Source of the DNA: Terriglobia bacterium
GTDB lineage: Bacteria; Acidobacteriota; Terriglobia; JAJPHL01
Length of the DNA stretch: 64,000 bases
NCBI GenBank assembly: GCA_021325275.1
Contig: JAJPHL010000070.1
Span: 3,387 to 67,386, forward strand
Direction of reading: 5' to 3'
Shown here: positions 62,014 to 64,000 of the stretch, one piece after another
Numbering within the stretch: position 1 is the first letter of the stretch
How the letters are laid out: each line of letters starts with the position of its first letter
Notes under the pieces: generated by a model
What the model saw: only the letters and a program-made list of their open reading frames with translations
What the model was told of the DNA's origin: nothing
Database searches by the model: none
Position numbers and translations under genes: made by a program

Positions 62014-62973
62014 ATGGAGATTTCGCTAAATGACGTTCGCGAAGCGCGACGCCGCATTCAAGGCGCGTTGCGTCCCACACCTCTACTTGAGCACCCACTG
62101 CTAAGTGAAGAACTCGGCTGCGACGTGCGAGTGAAACACGAGAATCACAATCCCACTGGCGCGTTTAAAGTGCGCGGCGGAATGAATCTGCTCTCGCATA
62201 TCGCCGAACAAGGCGGATGCGACGGCGTCATCACGGCGTCGACGGGAAATCACGGACAGTCGATTGCATTCGCCAGCCGGCGCTTCTCGATTCCCTGCAC
62301 GGTGCTCGTGCCCGAGGGAAATAATCCCGAGAAAAACGCGGCAATGCGCGCGATGGGCGCGAACGTCATCGAGCATGGACGCGATTTCGACGAAGCACGC
62401 GTGGAGGTCGAGCGCTTGTGCCGCGAGCGGGGATTGCGTTACATCCATTCCGCGAATGAGCCACACTTGATCTCGGGCGTCGCGACGTATGCCCTTGAAG
62501 CATTCGAAGAATTCCCCGATCCCGACTTCATTTTCGTTCCCATCGGCGGCGGCAGTGGCGCCTGTGGATGCGCGATTGTGCGAACGGCGCTGGGGCGCAG
62601 CGCGCGTGTGATTGGCGTGCAAGCCGAGCGCGCCGACGCGTTCGCGCGATCGTGGCACGGCCCCGCGCGCGTGACCGGCGAGCGCGCCGACACATTTGCC
62701 GAAGGTCTTGCCACGCGCGTGACCTTCGATCTGACATTTGACATTTTGAAGCGCGAGCTGCATGACGTAATCACGCTAACCGAAGACGAGCTCGCGGAAG
62801 GCGTGCGCCTCGCCGTGCGCACAACACACAACTTGGCGGAAGGCGCCGGCGCGGCGGCCATCATGGGGGCGCGCAAAATGCGCGGTCAATTGCGTGGGAA
62901 AAAAGTGATGTGCGTGATGAGCGGCGGCAATCTCGATTCGCGTGTTCTGGCGCGACTGTTGGCGTCCTCATAG
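62014..62973 (+). CDS. PLP-dependent threonine/serine dehydratase (no regulatory domain)
   Basis: KHENHNPTGAFKVRG, STGNHG, PIGGGSG, SGGN. Confidence 0.9.
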   Translation: MEISLNDVREARRRIQGALRPTPLLEHPLLSEELGCDVRVKHENHNPTGAFKVRGGMNLLSHIAEQGGCDGVITASTGNHGQSIAFASRRFSIPCTVLVPEGNNPEKNAAMRAMGANVIEHGRDFDEARVEVERLCRERGLRYIHSANEPHLISGVATYALEAFEEFPDPDFIFVPIGGGSGACGCAIVRTALGRSARVIGVQAERADAFARSWHGPARVTGERADTFAEGLATRVTFDLTFDILKRELHDVITLTEDELAEGVRLAVRTTHNLAEGAGAAAIMGARKMRGQLRGKKVMCVMSGGNLDSRVLARLLASS

Positions 62974-63073
62974 GTCCTTACGAGGAGTCGCGGACAACTT
63001 CCGAATTACCGATTCGGAGCTATCGGAGCCGAACTTCACCATTGTTCATGAATGACACTTGGCGTAACGTCGT

Positions 63074-63502
63074 TCATCTGCCACGTTCTTCGGCTGACCA
63101 ACGAGTCCTCCATTCGGCTACAAGCCTCTCGACCTCTTGCTCAGCCTCTAACCAATCGTCCAGAGCAAAGCCGTGTGATCTGCCCCTCCGCTCATAGATT
63201 TCATGCGCCCGAAGTTTGGTCAAATAGCGGACGGCCTCTTCCGTTGCCTGCAGATCCCATTGGTAACCACTTCTCCAGAGGGCGCGTATGTTCTCTAGGG
63301 TGATCGCCACCGTCCATCCGTCGCATGTGCTGCTATCGTTGGAAGCCTCGTTGCATAGTTCACCGAGTTTCGCACCAGGGGTTGCGGACATTGCATGAGC
63401 CAGGGCCTCATGATCGGGCTGCCTGCCGAAGTAGTCGTCGAACGTTTGCGCCAAAAGGTATGGTTCGTGCCCAGCAGAGGAAATCAAGCGCACCTTGCCC
63501 AC
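63074..63502 (-). CDS. Protein with C-terminal DUF2934 domain
   Basis: RAHEIYERRGRSHGFALDDWLEAEQEV; start set at GTG 63502 after GGGGAG (uncertain). Confidence 0.65.
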   Translation of the reverse strand: MGKVRLISSAGHEPYLLAQTFDDYFGRQPDHEALAHAMSATPGAKLGELCNEASNDSSTCDGWTVAITLENIRALWRSGYQWDLQATEEAVRYLTKLRAHEIYERRGRSHGFALDDWLEAEQEVERLVAEWRTRWSAEERGR

Positions 63503-63623
63503 GATTCGATTCTCCCCATCGAGTATTTTAACGCTATATGGCTCCTGAATCACGGGCCACTCGGAAACTAAGCGAGTCAGTCCGCCGTGATACACTCCAC
63601 CCGGGTCTCGGAGGAGAAGCCAG

Positions 63624-64000
63624 ATGAGTAGCGATTCAATCGGAACGGGAGCGTCCGCGGCGCGTGCCGCCAACCGAGAAACATTTGTAGCCGCCGGAAC
63701 GGGCAAGGCGTATCGGAGCCCCATCGACAAAATCACGTTTCTCATTACCGGCGAACAAAGCGGCGGCGCGTTTTTCATGGCGGAAGTATCCGTCGCGCCC
63801 GGTGGAGGAAATCCGCCGCACATTCACGCGCGCGAAGAAGAATCCTTTTACTTGCAGCAAGGGACGCTTACGGTTCAAGTCGGCGGGAAGACGCTCAACG
63901 CAAGGCCGGGAGATTTCGTTTGTCTTCCCCGCGGTGTGGCGCATTGCTTCCAGAATACGGGAAACGTGGAGGCTAAGTTTCTGCTCGTGGTGACGCCGGC
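63624..64000 (+). CDS. Cupin (quercetin-dioxygenase-like), 3'-truncated by window edge; absent from the ORF track
   Basis: GGAGGAG SD then MSSDSIG...PPHIHAREEESFY...PGDFVCLPRGVAHCFQN. Confidence 0.88.
   Translation, partial: MSSDSIGTGASAARAANRETFVAAGTGKAYRSPIDKITFLITGEQSGGAFFMAEVSVAPGGGNPPHIHAREEESFYLQQGTLTVQVGGKTLNARPGDFVCLPRGVAHCFQNTGNVEAKFLLVVTP

Noticed and set aside
63503-63823. N-terminal extension of the 249-aa minus-strand ORF
   Set aside because: Overlaps the SD-supported cupin gene on the plus strand.

Overview
GC-rich bacterial chromosomal segment, most consistent with Acidobacteriota (Solibacter/Bryobacter-like). This is inferred from an Oar-type TonB-dependent receptor, a duplicated orphan ABC permease, a Solibacter-type C-terminal IPT domain and a PEP-CTERM protein. 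Housekeeping genes (glnA, thiC, dcd, tyrS, lolC-lolD-clpC-bamA-skp, rmuC) are interleaved with glycosyltransferases, glycoside hydrolases and five small toxin-antitoxin-like inserts. I found no tRNA, rRNA, CRISPR array, integrase or transposase. Most notable signals: (1) a degenerate second copy of the lolC 3' end flanking an inserted GH106 gene, plus several shorter junction duplications, suggesting transposase-free insertion of single-gene units at gene ends; (2) a family of ~85-bp intergenic hairpins with covarying arms and the same 18-nt loop length, one fused to a 14-bp tandem repeat at the thiC stop; (3) TAnnnT boxes 6-8 nt before many start codons, consistent with leaderless transcription; (4) two single-base frameshifts (ParE/RelE toxin, GH106) that may be real or assembly errors; (5) a tandem pair of paralogous membrane proteins I do not recognise and a FecR/Cys-repeat protein. 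All family calls come from motif recognition by eye, not database searches.
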